This document shows positions 36,369 to 46,770 of a stretch of DNA of 64,000 nucleotides, in pieces. The position numbers were made by a program, and so were the translations under genes. Position 1 is the first letter of the stretch. The number at the start of each line of letters is the position of its first letter. The notes beneath the pieces are model-generated. The model was given only the letters and a program-made list of their open reading frames with translations. It was not told where the DNA came from and did not search any database. The stretch comes from a virus, in IMG/VR virus record IMGVR_UViG_3300005739_000002, positions 1 through 64,000 of that record; one strand, 5' to 3'.

Positions 36369-37699
36369 TGCCATATTTCATACCTCCACAAGCGTTACAA
36401 AATAAAAACGCTAAAGTAAAAAAAGAAACTTTAACTGATGCTCAAAAAATAAAAAGAATTAATAACCTAAATAATGCTAGCGTTGCCGCAACCACTGCTG
36501 GCAGTATAACCTCGGCCGCTGCTCCCACAGTTGCTGCTGGCGTAGCCGCTTCAACAGTTGCTGGTTCTGGTATTAATCGACTTGCTATAGGAGTAGCTGC
36601 CTCACGAGCTGGTTCCGTACTAAGAGTTGGAGGATTTCCAGGTCTTGTTGCTGGAACTGGACTTACTATATTAGGAAAAGTATTAGAAAAAAAAGCTGTA
36701 AATGAGTACAATAAAATAGTAAATACTGTTACAGCAGATGCTAAGGAAAATGTTTCTTTCCCTCCATTAAACTATGAGTATAACCTTCCACCACATTCTT
36801 GGAGTTTGCCTATACGTCCTCATACTATGGATGGCCTTCGTCCATCGCACAACTTTGCACAAAATAATCACCCTGGAGACTTTCATAGACTTCGCCGCGG
36901 TGTCATATGGCACTGGGATAACGGAAATTATATATCAAGAGTTGATGATTCTAGCGAAAAAGGTTTTAGAACAGCTGCTGAAGTTCAAGCAGATATTGCA
37001 AGTAAAAACCCACTTGCAATAGCAGCAGCTAAAAAATCTCAAACTAATCCTAATAATTTTAAATATGGTTTTCAATTTTTGTGGAATCCAGAAACTATTT
37101 CTTCTGCTATCTCTAGAAATATGGACGTCACGCCATCTTCAGCGGATAGGTTTCGTTCAGTTGCTGGCGCTTTTCCTGGACAAGAAACATATCAATTTCA
37201 AATTATGCTAGACCGCGTAAATGACTTTGCTTGTATACGTTCTGCTCTAGGAGACAGCTACCAGGGAACAGCTAAAAGAAATGTAACTAATTATAATAAT
37301 CCTAATACTAGACATATCTATGGAGATATACCTCAAGAGTATTTGCAATATTATAAAAACGGTTTAGGCAGCCTAACCACTCAAAAGATTGCTGATTTAG
37401 CAAAGTTTGGAACAATGGCTGACCTTGAGTACCTATTCAAAGCGCTAAATGGGGACGGCGCTAGCCAAGATAGTGGTTCATGGGCTACTCTTTTAAGAAA
37501 GAAAACTGCCAACATTGGATTCTTATCACCCAGCCTTTTGGCTTTTAGATTTGGACCTAATGCTACACAACAACTTTCTTTTGTTGGTTGGATAACTAAT
37601 CTATCTATAAATCATACCTTTTTTACAGAAGACATGATTCCACTACGAACAACGGTGTCGTTCAGTTGTGATGCATTTGCAGGTTCTACGGTTATTTAG
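36368..37699 (+). CDS. putative tail tube initiator / baseplate protein
   Basis: FQFLWNPETIS...GWITNLSINHTFFTEDMIPLRTTV pattern; position after tape measure. Confidence 0.6.
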   Translation: MPYFIPPQALQNKNAKVKKETLTDAQKIKRINNLNNASVAATTAGSITSAAAPTVAAGVAASTVAGSGINRLAIGVAASRAGSVLRVGGFPGLVAGTGLTILGKVLEKKAVNEYNKIVNTVTADAKENVSFPPLNYEYNLPPHSWSLPIRPHTMDGLRPSHNFAQNNHPGDFHRLRRGVIWHWDNGNYISRVDDSSEKGFRTAAEVQADIASKNPLAIAAAKKSQTNPNNFKYGFQFLWNPETISSAISRNMDVTPSSADRFRSVAGAFPGQETYQFQIMLDRVNDFACIRSALGDSYQGTAKRNVTNYNNPNTRHIYGDIPQEYLQYYKNGLGSLTTQKIADLAKFGTMADLEYLFKALNGDGASQDSGSWATLLRKKTANIGFLSPSLLAFRFGPNATQQLSFVGWITNLSINHTFFTEDMIPLRTTVSFSCDAFAGSTVI

Positions 37700-37708
37700 G
37701 AGAGCACT

Positions 37709-37990
37709 ATGACTATATATGTAGGTTCTAGGTACGAGTTTTCTCTTGTAGACTTCTTTTCTACCACTGTTGGTGGCGGTGAAAACCCTGTAGTATTTTA
37801 TGATTTTCCTGATATAGGAACTCTTTCATACTATGACCATACAATAGTAGAGGGTGAGAGGCTAGACCATCTTGCTAATAAATATTACAGAAGGTCTTCT
37901 ATGTGGTGGATTATATTGGACCACAATCCAGAGCTTAAAGACATCTTTAATATACCAGCTGGAACTATAATAAGGATACCTCGTGTTTAA
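37709..37990 (+). CDS. LysM-like baseplate protein (P2 gpX / T4 gp53-like)
   Basis: EGERLDHLANKYY...WWIILDHNP...IPAGTIIRIP. Confidence 0.85.
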   Translation: MTIYVGSRYEFSLVDFFSTTVGGGENPVVFYDFPDIGTLSYYDHTIVEGERLDHLANKYYRRSSMWWIILDHNPELKDIFNIPAGTIIRIPRV

Positions 37991-39323
37991 ATTTGCTAGC
38001 GTTAGGTTTCCTGAATCTCCAGAAGCGCCAACATATGTATATAAAGCTGTTCTTATGCAGAACCTATATCAACATGAACTACTGCTTTTGACTTTTAAAG
38101 ACTGGAATCCAGAGTATGAGACAGTGCGTCCTGGCACACCTGTTGAGGTACAGTTAACAGCAAACACTACACCTAGAGATTTTTTTGGATATGTCCATCA
38201 CATAACTCCTGTTGCTAGTCCAGGAAAAATGTTTACAGAAGTAGTGTGTATAGGCGGCTCGTTTCCTATGAAACAAGCTAGTCAAAAAGTTTATAGAGAC
38301 CACACAGCTGACCAGGTTGTTAAAGAAATGTGTATAAAGCATCGTTTAAAATTTGAAGGAGTACCGCATCCAAGAGTATTTGATATGATTTCTCAAGCTG
38401 GATATACAGACTGGCAATTAGCTGTCAGATTAGCTAAGCAAATTGGGTATACGCTTAGAGCAGAAAATACAGAAGTATATTTTGAACCTATATTAAACGA
38501 CTATTCTTTGTATAGGGAACAAGCTAAAAGATTTACATTAAGGGATGCGGGTTCTCCAGATGGTTCTACCCTATACTCTTTTAAACCTATTATTGGTGAT
38601 TCTATAGAATATGACGGAGATATGAAAGCCGCCGTTTCTGTATCTGGTGTTGATAGATTTGCTAAAGCACCTATTGCACAGACTAAACAAAAAAGAAATA
38701 AAACTACAAAAAAGAGAAAACAAGATGAGTTCTTTGACCGTTTTAACGGTTTAGTTGTAGCGCCTTCATCGGCAATTGCATCATTTGAAGCCGATGCTGC
38801 AGAAGCAAGAAACTCCTTTCCCTATAGAGGCACTGCCACGGTCCTTGGTGACACCACTATACGACCCAATATGCCAGTGTACTTAAGTGGTATTGGCGGC
38901 ACCTACTCTGGATATTGGACGGTTCTTTCGGCAGAGCATGTGATAACAGAGGCTGAAAGAAACACCGCGTCTTATGTAACTAACCTTGTACTAGGAACTG
39001 ATTCTTTAGGAGGAGCTTCTACATGGGTAGATGGGCGAACTATTGGAGCCCCTTCTGCTATTCCAAAGAGAGTGGTTAAGCCTGGTAAAAATAACACGGC
39101 TAAGCGTAGAGAACGACCTAAGTTAAAAAGAGCATCAAAAAGGACTAATAATAAGAAGACAGCAAGCTTTGGTTCTATTGGTAATAGAAAAAAAGATACT
39201 GCTAAAGCAAAGCAACCTTCTACTTGGGCATCTGCTAAAAAAACCGCAAAGGTGACATTTACAGATAAAAGGATAAAATCTCCTGCTGTAGCCAACAGAG
39301 TTAGGAATAGGGCGCTGCGATGA
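37983..39323 (+). CDS. baseplate hub protein (P2 gpD / T4 gp27-like) with basic C-terminal tail
   Basis: QAGYTDWQL..RLAKQIGY, GDTTIRP...GIGGTYSGYW.V....H motifs. Confidence 0.8.
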   Translation: MFKFASVRFPESPEAPTYVYKAVLMQNLYQHELLLLTFKDWNPEYETVRPGTPVEVQLTANTTPRDFFGYVHHITPVASPGKMFTEVVCIGGSFPMKQASQKVYRDHTADQVVKEMCIKHRLKFEGVPHPRVFDMISQAGYTDWQLAVRLAKQIGYTLRAENTEVYFEPILNDYSLYREQAKRFTLRDAGSPDGSTLYSFKPIIGDSIEYDGDMKAAVSVSGVDRFAKAPIAQTKQKRNKTTKKRKQDEFFDRFNGLVVAPSSAIASFEADAAEARNSFPYRGTATVLGDTTIRPNMPVYLSGIGGTYSGYWTVLSAEHVITEAERNTASYVTNLVLGTDSLGGASTWVDGRTIGAPSAIPKRVVKPGKNNTAKRRERPKLKRASKRTNNKKTASFGSIGNRKKDTAKAKQPSTWASAKKTAKVTFTDKRIKSPAVANRVRNRALR

Positions 39324-39874
39324 TAGATGATAAAAGGTTTTATGGTATCTATTTGGGCATTTGTATAGACGTAGAAGACCCTGAAAAAGATAACCGTATA
39401 CGTTTACAGATACCGCAAGCTTTAGGTCAGTCAGAAACTGGATGGGCTAGAGCCTGCCTGCCTGTCACATCTAATAGTAATCACCCTGACCATAAAAAGC
39501 ATTTGGCATCAGAGGTCGCAGCCCTGCTACAAGCCCACGCTACCCACGCTACCCATAGCGAAACTATCACCTCTAGTCCAGCAACCGTTAGCACCTTTGG
39601 CTCCCACACTCACACCGTAACCATCAGTCTTGCACACGATGCTCACACTAATAACCATACGGGCAAGACGCCAGACTCTACATGGAACTTAGACCATGAA
39701 CATGAAGAGGATGAAAACGCAGATAACAAGTGGAATGATGACCAAGAACAGTCGCTTGTCAATACAATGGAGCACACACCGCATAGACTAGTACCTAAAC
39801 TAGGTCAAAAAGTCTGGGTAATGTTTGAGGGCGGAGACCCCAACTTCCCAGTGTGGATGGGAGTTGAACTATGA
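39320..39874 (+). CDS. baseplate spike OB-fold protein (gp5/gpV N-terminal) with internal His-rich insert
   Basis: YGIYLG...DPE...RIRLQIP..LG...WA and P..GQKVWVMFEGGDPNFPVWMG. Confidence 0.8.
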   Translation: MIDDKRFYGIYLGICIDVEDPEKDNRIRLQIPQALGQSETGWARACLPVTSNSNHPDHKKHLASEVAALLQAHATHATHSETITSSPATVSTFGSHTHTVTISLAHDAHTNNHTGKTPDSTWNLDHEHEEDENADNKWNDDQEQSLVNTMEHTPHRLVPKLGQKVWVMFEGGDPNFPVWMGVEL

Positions 39875-40275
39875 CAGACCGCGCTATCGCTCTTCCATTC
39901 TCATTTAATTCATCAGGAGAAGTTAGCTACAGCAATGATGAAAAGAAGATTATCCAAGACCGCATTGTATTAGCAGTTATGACCCGACCAGGGGAACGTG
40001 TTATGCGCCCAAGCTTTGGAAGTGCTATATACAATACTTTATTTGAAGACGAGGCTGCGGCTCTAGATATTGCTAATCAAGCTGTATCAGCATGTTTTGT
40101 AGAAAATTTTCCATACTTAACTTTAATAGATGTGCAACCAGATTTAAGTACAGAAGATGGTACTTTAGAACTTCTTATTAGATATAAAAAAGGTGAACAA
40201 TCTGCTACAGAGTCTTTAACAGTGAAGACTAAAGTATTCTCCAGAGCTGGAGAGGTAATTCAGGAGGTTATCTAA
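39871..40275 (+). CDS. baseplate wedge protein gp25/gpW-like
   Basis: TRPGERVMRPSFGS motif. Confidence 0.88.
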   Translation: MTDRAIALPFSFNSSGEVSYSNDEKKIIQDRIVLAVMTRPGERVMRPSFGSAIYNTLFEDEAAALDIANQAVSACFVENFPYLTLIDVQPDLSTEDGTLELLIRYKKGEQSATESLTVKTKVFSRAGEVIQEVI

Positions 40276-42041
40276 TGGCTAACGAAAACTATGTTCCGCA
40301 GGTGGATTACACCTCACGAGATTACCTGACCCTTCGTGAGGAGATGGCAGCTCTTATACCCTACTTTGCCCCTAACTGGACCAACCGCGACCCCGCGGAC
40401 TTTGGTATGACCTTGATTGAACTGTTTGCCTATATGGGTGACCAGCTTAATTATTATATTGACCGTTCACTAAACGAGGCATTCATAACCACTGCTAGTC
40501 AGCGTGATAACGTATTAAAAATCTCTAGATTGTTAGGGTATACCCCAACTGAATCCACAGCATCAAAGGTATTGTTAACTTTTCAAAATTCAACAGCTAA
40601 CCCTATTACTGTACCTGCCAAAACTAAGGTAGCAACTACGGTTGTAAACAGCGGGGCTACTACTCAAATATTCTTTGAAACTAACACTGCTGTAACTGTA
40701 CCTGCAAAAGTGGGGGCTACTAACGGTTCAATTACAGTAAACGCTACGCAAGGTGAGTCTAAAGGATTTGGATTTGACCCAGATGACGGAGTCATTGGAG
40801 TATCTGATGGTACATCTAATCAGTTTTTTGAAATTCCAGATTCTCCTGTAATTGGTGGCAGCGTAGAAATTGATGTATCTGGTGTTAAGTATACCTACGT
40901 TCCATTTTTAATTGACTACCAGTCCTATGACCCAGTGTTCACTACCTACACTGACTCTGACGGAAACACATATGTTCAATTTGGAGATGGTATTAGCGGA
41001 CGTATCCCAGCAAACCAAGCAGAGATAAAAGCAACATATCGAATTGGTGGAGGCAAAATCGGTAACGTAGCTGTTAATACAATTAAATTTATTATAACTA
41101 ATGCTGTAGCTGGATTGACAGTCAATAATCAAGACGTCGGGCAAACCTCTGGCGCCGCTGCTGGAGGAGCTGACCCAGAAACTACGGATTCAATTAGAGT
41201 AAACGCTCCTAAAAGTATTAGGGCTTTATCAAGAGCGGTATCTTTATCTGATTATTCAAATCTAGCTATTCAAGTACCTGGTGTTGCAAAAGCAATTTCA
41301 ATCGCTGATGTTTATAGCAGCATTACTATTTTTATTGCTCCATACGGAGACTCGGGGCTGCAATCAGATAACATAACAACCTCAGACGTATTTAATAATC
41401 TAGCGGTTAATATTGCAGCCTTCTTTCAGGACAAGACCCCTCCTGGAACTTCAATCACTCTTCAACCTCCAGCGTACGTGGATACTAGAGTTAAAATAGA
41501 TTGCACTATACTTCCTCAATTTAGAAACTCGCAAGTCACTGCTTCTATTATAGAAGCTATAACTGAACTATTTGATTTTGATAACGTATCTTTTAACGAC
41601 AGAATTACAGCTTCAGATGTATTAGCTGCTGTAAGAGATGTTGAAGGTGTTGCAAGAGCAAGTTTAATAAAACTAATAAGAAAAGATTTAGATAAAGTCT
41701 GGTCTATTAATAATAAAGCTATAACTAGTAACGTTGCTACTTTGACAACCACTGCTACTCACAACCTTAAAGTTGGAGAAACTGTTTTAATTAGTGGAAT
41801 GCTAGCTCCTTTTGATGGCACCTATGTTATAACAGGTGTTACCTCAAATACGTTTAGCTTCTCTTTGATTAACGACAACGTTAACTCTGCTCCAGTTAGT
41901 CCAAACGGAAAAGTTGCCCTGATTGATGTGCAGGATATTATTTGTAGTGTAAATGAATTACCGCAGTTAGAAACAACAAAAGTATCTGGTGTAACCTCTA
42001 TTATAGGTATTGACCTTACTACTAGTGGGGGTATTAGTTAA
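40275..42041 (+). CDS. baseplate wedge protein (J / T4 gp6-like)
   Basis: DYTSRDY, DFGMTLIELFAY, FGDG..GRIP, GGADPET, RAVS..DY motifs. Confidence 0.88.
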   Translation: MANENYVPQVDYTSRDYLTLREEMAALIPYFAPNWTNRDPADFGMTLIELFAYMGDQLNYYIDRSLNEAFITTASQRDNVLKISRLLGYTPTESTASKVLLTFQNSTANPITVPAKTKVATTVVNSGATTQIFFETNTAVTVPAKVGATNGSITVNATQGESKGFGFDPDDGVIGVSDGTSNQFFEIPDSPVIGGSVEIDVSGVKYTYVPFLIDYQSYDPVFTTYTDSDGNTYVQFGDGISGRIPANQAEIKATYRIGGGKIGNVAVNTIKFIITNAVAGLTVNNQDVGQTSGAAAGGADPETTDSIRVNAPKSIRALSRAVSLSDYSNLAIQVPGVAKAISIADVYSSITIFIAPYGDSGLQSDNITTSDVFNNLAVNIAAFFQDKTPPGTSITLQPPAYVDTRVKIDCTILPQFRNSQVTASIIEAITELFDFDNVSFNDRITASDVLAAVRDVEGVARASLIKLIRKDLDKVWSINNKAITSNVATLTTTATHNLKVGETVLISGMLAPFDGTYVITGVTSNTFSFSLINDNVNSAPVSPNGKVALIDVQDIICSVNELPQLETTKVSGVTSIIGIDLTTSGGIS

Positions 42042-44854
42042 TGGCACGCTATGGCCTGGATTATTACTCAGCGTCTAGTTTTCCTCTAAGTTACTACGGT
42101 AGTGATAACCCTCTTAACTATGACGCTTCTCCTGTTTATGCACTAGCTTCTGGGTACAATCAAATAACTTTGTTTTGGACTAGCCCTGTAGGAGCTTGGG
42201 TAAAACTAAGAATTATAAGAAGTCCGTACGGTTTTCCTGTAAACATTACAGACGGAGACAATGTATTTGAAACAACACGTAGAGCAGACCCACAGTTCTA
42301 CATAGATAAGACCTCTTTAACCAATGCCGACTCTAAATTTTTCTTTTATTCTATATTTGTATTTGATTCCATACAATTAACCTGGGTTTTAGCTGGGCGG
42401 TTATCAGGTATATCAGTAAAAAACTACGGTACTTCTACAAATATGTATAACTATCTACCTCAGATTTATAAATTAACCACCCCCTATGTTGCGTCTGAAG
42501 CAACAGACAACAACGACTTAGCCAACTTTTTAAGCTTGTTTGCATTTGAGTTAGACCAGACAAGGGCTCTAGCAGAGCTTATTACAGAACGTTATAACTT
42601 TGAAAAAATTACAGCAGCCACTATTCCTCTGTTATTAAACCAGTTTGGTCTTAGGTTTGAGCCAGAAATTGGTTACCAACAATCCCGTATTCTGGTACGA
42701 GACTCAATTCAGTTAACAAAAGAAAAAGGCTCTGAACAAGGTTTGCGAGAATACATAAAAGGATTTACAGGTTGGGCTTGCCCAGCACCTGTAGCTGGAA
42801 CGCCTAATCCAACAATAGATGGAATTCAAGTTAGTCACAACCTAATGCTCGACTACAATGACTCATCTTTTGAAGAGGGTATTGGACATTGGACAACCCC
42901 AGATAATACAGCTTCTATCAAACAACTTGGTAAAAAAACTGTAACTAGCTATCAATCTAATAACAATAACTTACGATTAATTGTAGGAGCGCATGGGTAT
43001 CTTGTTGGAGACCAAATAACTATTAGCGGATTTAAAACTCCTAAATACAACACCAGTTCTCCTATCTCAATTACAGGTGTTGACTCAACATCTTACATAG
43101 AAGTTATTGTTAGTGGTCCAGATATAGCTCTTGTTTCCGCTTACAATTTAGAAACTGATTCTTACCCAGTTATTGCTCCAGTTCCAGCACCTTATTCTGA
43201 ACCAACTGCACCTGCTTTATATCCAAACAAGCAAAATGGGATTCTTTCTGTAGCTAATAGCACTGCTAGTCCGCAGGTTGTTACCGTTTCATGTGGCAGT
43301 TCATCTCCAAGAACCTTAGGTATACCTGTTAATTCTGGAGATACTTATACCTTTAGCATCTATAGCGCAGCTCGAACTTCAACAAGAAGCTTTACTGCAG
43401 GCATTAGTTGGTACGACCGTTTTGGTACCTTTATGTCAACAACTACAGGAAATCCAGTAAACAATACAACAGGAACCTTATCTACAAGAGCAGTTGTTAC
43501 TGCAGCGGCGCCCGCTTCTATTACTCTTAATCCTTTCTTTGCTACTGCTGGCACTGGATATGTAGATGGTGTTTATACAAATGTGCCTTTAACTTATGTA
43601 TCTGGAAAACAATTTAGCATTGCTCCTATTGCAAATATAGCAATATCTGGAGGCGCTGTATCTTCTGTAAACATCACTAACGGTGGTAAAGGCTCCGATA
43701 CTACAACGGTATTTTCTTTTAATAGAACATCTATTGGTAGCCCTACTGGTTCTGGGTTTCTTGCAACGGTCTTTCGTGTGCAAGAGTCTTATTATGCCGC
43801 TCCAACTATTTCTATATCTAGCGTAGCAAATGCCGCTAGTGGTGAGCGCCATTATTTTGATGGGGCTCAATTTGAAAAAGCTAATGCGGTAACAGACTTT
43901 GATGAGGCTAGACAAGTTCACATAACTATGAAAGCCAATCGTATTAATGAAATTAAAAATCCTACATTTAATAGCGCAAGTAGCTTTGCCCCTTGGGGAT
44001 TTACAAATGGAACAGCTACTGCCACAACTGCACAATCAGACCCTATATTAGATGAATTAGCTATTGAAGGCTATCAACAATTAGGCGCTACTGCATCTAT
44101 AAGTTTAACAACCGTACATTCTTATAAAGTAAATGACGTTGTATTAGTATCTGGATTGCCGTCCCCATACTCAGGAGTAAAAACTGTTACGGATGTAACA
44201 GACTTTACTGTCAGTTACACAGTAAGTCCTAACGCAACTGTTTCTTTTACAACAGCATCTGGAACTATAGCTAAAACAGGTAGCTCCTGTTTAGTTTCAA
44301 AAACTGCAACTGGAAATACAGAAATTGTTGCTGCAGCTACCTCTGCTGGATATTTAGATATTCACTATCCATCTACCTACTACACGTTTAGTGTGTATGC
44401 CAGAAGAGTCACAGGAACTGCTGCCCCGATAGTAAGGCCTGTTATATATTGGTATGACAGCACTAAGACTGCAATCTCAAGCACCCTAGTTCCAACTACC
44501 ACCCTTAATAGCCAAACTTCATGGACACGTGTTAGCGCTTCAGCGATAGCTCCATCCAATGCCGCGTATGCAAACGTTTCTTTAATATGGACTAATGGCG
44601 AAGCGGCAGACGAAATAGCGGTAGATGATGCGCTATTTGAAAACAGCCCCTTTGTTTTAGATTACTTTGATGGTAGTCAAGGATTTGGTTCTACGGCTGA
44701 GCTGTTCTGGGAAGGTCAAGTTCCTAACAACTCTAGAAGCCACTACTATAAAAACCGTGTAGCTATCTCAGACCGACTAGCTAAGGGAGCCCTAAACGAG
44801 TGGTTAATGAGTGGCTCCAGTTACGCCCTGTACCTCGCACAGCCAAAAACGTAG
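42041..44854 (+). CDS. baseplate wedge/tail protein (P2 I / gp7-like) with carbohydrate-binding-like inserts
   Basis: YLPQIY, KGS..GL; NLML...SFEEGIG.W, YTFSIY, FDGAQFE, YFDG CBM-like motifs. Confidence 0.7.
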   Translation: MARYGLDYYSASSFPLSYYGSDNPLNYDASPVYALASGYNQITLFWTSPVGAWVKLRIIRSPYGFPVNITDGDNVFETTRRADPQFYIDKTSLTNADSKFFFYSIFVFDSIQLTWVLAGRLSGISVKNYGTSTNMYNYLPQIYKLTTPYVASEATDNNDLANFLSLFAFELDQTRALAELITERYNFEKITAATIPLLLNQFGLRFEPEIGYQQSRILVRDSIQLTKEKGSEQGLREYIKGFTGWACPAPVAGTPNPTIDGIQVSHNLMLDYNDSSFEEGIGHWTTPDNTASIKQLGKKTVTSYQSNNNNLRLIVGAHGYLVGDQITISGFKTPKYNTSSPISITGVDSTSYIEVIVSGPDIALVSAYNLETDSYPVIAPVPAPYSEPTAPALYPNKQNGILSVANSTASPQVVTVSCGSSSPRTLGIPVNSGDTYTFSIYSAARTSTRSFTAGISWYDRFGTFMSTTTGNPVNNTTGTLSTRAVVTAAAPASITLNPFFATAGTGYVDGVYTNVPLTYVSGKQFSIAPIANIAISGGAVSSVNITNGGKGSDTTTVFSFNRTSIGSPTGSGFLATVFRVQESYYAAPTISISSVANAASGERHYFDGAQFEKANAVTDFDEARQVHITMKANRINEIKNPTFNSASSFAPWGFTNGTATATTAQSDPILDELAIEGYQQLGATASISLTTVHSYKVNDVVLVSGLPSPYSGVKTVTDVTDFTVSYTVSPNATVSFTTASGTIAKTGSSCLVSKTATGNTEIVAAATSAGYLDIHYPSTYYTFSVYARRVTGTAAPIVRPVIYWYDSTKTAISSTLVPTTTLNSQTSWTRVSASAIAPSNAAYANVSLIWTNGEAADEIAVDDALFENSPFVLDYFDGSQGFGSTAELFWEGQVPNNSRSHYYKNRVAISDRLAKGALNEWLMSGSSYALYLAQPKT

Positions 44855-44866
44855 TAGACTGCTCCC

Positions 44867-45145
44867 ATGCTGGAGCTGTTATTGGTCGGATGCTTTACAG
44901 GGTTCTTCCTGGCTACAGTTCGTAACCTGGTAGACATCCTAAGTATCTTCATGCCTACTTCCGTAATTAATGCTGTACTTTCAATTATATTCTCTTCTAT
45001 CGGTGTCTTTTTAATAGATATCACAGCTGTCCGACAGTTTGTCATATGGACAGTAGCTGGAGCTTTCTTGGGCGCAGCCCTCCTAGCCATCGTAGAAAGA
45101 GTGTCTGTTTATAAACCTGCAGTAATTAACACGGCTAGAGATTAG
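44867..45145 (+). CDS. membrane protein, three TM helices (leaderless)
   Basis: Hydrophobic segments; TAGACT 6 nt before ATG. Confidence 0.65.
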   Translation: MLELLLVGCFTGFFLATVRNLVDILSIFMPTSVINAVLSIIFSSIGVFLIDITAVRQFVIWTVAGAFLGAALLAIVERVSVYKPAVINTARD

Positions 45146-45176
45146 TGATAGGGTACTAGGGACCAAAGGAGGTCCT

Positions 45177-45836
45177 ATGAGTAAGTACTACGTTCTGGTA
45201 GCGGGCAAAGGCTCTACCAGCAGACAAAACGTTGAAGCCCTGATGGAAGACCATTACTATGCCAAGGGCGCTGATGGCACATTGATTATGCCTATAGAAA
45301 AGCAGGCAACCCCGTCGCAAGTATTTGTTGCACAGTTTGCTAAAGATAAAAATAAAGACATTGTCATTGTTGCTAAAGAAGATGTGGATTTAAGTAACAT
45401 GCCAGCGGCCTCTGTAGTACATGACGCAGACCCATTTAAAAAAGCCGTAGAGATAATCGCAGGAACAGACGTATCCGCTTTCTTACTGTGGGATGATGGT
45501 GATGAATCTCTGCTATCAACCCTATCTTCTTGTAAAACCGCAGGTATAAAGTGCTACGACCTAACTAACGGACTATCTGAAATTACCCCATCAACAACAA
45601 TCCAGGAGCCACAACCAACCCTGTTTCCAGAGGCTGAGATGGTCTCAGAAAGTGAGGAGGACGATGAGGAAGAAGAAGACCTCGAAGAGGGTGAAGACGA
45701 AGAAGAGTACGAAGACGACGAAGAAGAAGCCGAAGACGTGGAAGATATCTACGCGGGGGTCGAAGCGATAGCCCGTGTTTTTGCCAAGGTCCTTATTGAG
45801 GAATGGAAGAAGGCCCAGGATGAGGCTAAGTCCTAA
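45177..45836 (+). CDS. alpha/beta (SLOG-like) protein with long acidic tail
   Basis: VLVAG N-terminal strand; D/E tract of about 35 aa. Confidence 0.5.
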   Translation: MSKYYVLVAGKGSTSRQNVEALMEDHYYAKGADGTLIMPIEKQATPSQVFVAQFAKDKNKDIVIVAKEDVDLSNMPAASVVHDADPFKKAVEIIAGTDVSAFLLWDDGDESLLSTLSSCKTAGIKCYDLTNGLSEITPSTTIQEPQPTLFPEAEMVSESEEDDEEEEDLEEGEDEEEYEDDEEEAEDVEDIYAGVEAIARVFAKVLIEEWKKAQDEAKS

Positions 45837-46770
45837 AGCCCTAGGTGTACTCCTAGAGGTGTCTGTATACGGGGCTCCAAGGGGCGTTAAAGGCCTTTGT
45901 GAGGCCTTTGGCGTGGGCCGTGACCAGATTAACTCTGCCCTAGCCGAACTAGCCTCTATGAGGCTTATAGCCCTTTCTAATGGCAAGACCTCTAAAGGTA
46001 CATATTGGCATAAAATAGAACTAACAACAGAGGGTAAGGTTTACTCTCATGACTGGTTAACAGGTAACAGACCGTTGCGGGTTTTCCCAATCGGTGAAAC
46101 CCCAACCTCCATATCACTGAATAGCAGTATGGCTGATACCTATAAAGCAGATATTCCATATAGCCAAGAGCAGTATGGTTTATACGCTAATTCAGTTAAC
46201 CAAGGCGTGAAAACGAGTTTTCACGCACTGGAAAAGAAAAAAACGAAAGGAAAAAATATGGGCTTAGGCGAACTACCACTAGACCCCGACGATTTAGAAG
46301 CCGAATTAGAGAAGGACGCTAAACGTAAAGCCGAGGAGCGCAACGAGCAGTCCAGGGACTATTACAAGAAACGACAAATTGCTAGGTCTAAGAAGACTCC
46401 AGACCGCTGGACTCCTACAGATATGGTTAATTATTTTGCTGAAAGATGTAAAACCATATGGCAGGTGGAGCAGGTCGCTCTTACTCAGCGCCCTAGGTTA
46501 GTGAAGGCTATGTATCAGTTCCGTGTAGACAACAACACTAACGGTGAAATTGATAAGCGTTTACTAGATATGTTTATTTCTAGTTACAGGTTTGAGCATA
46601 GAAAGCTATATAACCCTGAACAATTGTTTTGGACTTTCTTAAACTATGCGCCCTCTAAAATCGACGAGGTACGACGTGCTATGAAACCTGAGGACTTGGA
46701 TGTAGTATCAGCAGCAAGAGAAAAGGCACGGGCAGAGCGCGAAGAGTATTTAAGGAGCATTGGAAGATAA
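45820..46770 (+). CDS. putative replication initiator (N-terminal winged helix)
   Basis: RLSPKALGVL...GRDQINSALAEL wHTH; directly upstream of DnaC-like gene. Confidence 0.65.
   Translation: MRLSPKALGVLLEVSVYGAPRGVKGLCEAFGVGRDQINSALAELASMRLIALSNGKTSKGTYWHKIELTTEGKVYSHDWLTGNRPLRVFPIGETPTSISLNSSMADTYKADIPYSQEQYGLYANSVNQGVKTSFHALEKKKTKGKNMGLGELPLDPDDLEAELEKDAKRKAEERNEQSRDYYKKRQIARSKKTPDRWTPTDMVNYFAERCKTIWQVEQVALTQRPRLVKAMYQFRVDNNTNGEIDKRLLDMFISSYRFEHRKLYNPEQLFWTFLNYAPSKIDEVRRAMKPEDLDVVSAAREKARAEREEYLRSIGR
46123..46257 (+). other. candidate replication origin (iteron-like repeats + A-rich tract inside initiator gene)
   Basis: AGCAG-led repeats at 46123, 46146, 46169 (23-bp period; first and third AGCAGTATGG), then an A-rich tract. 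Confidence 0.4.
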
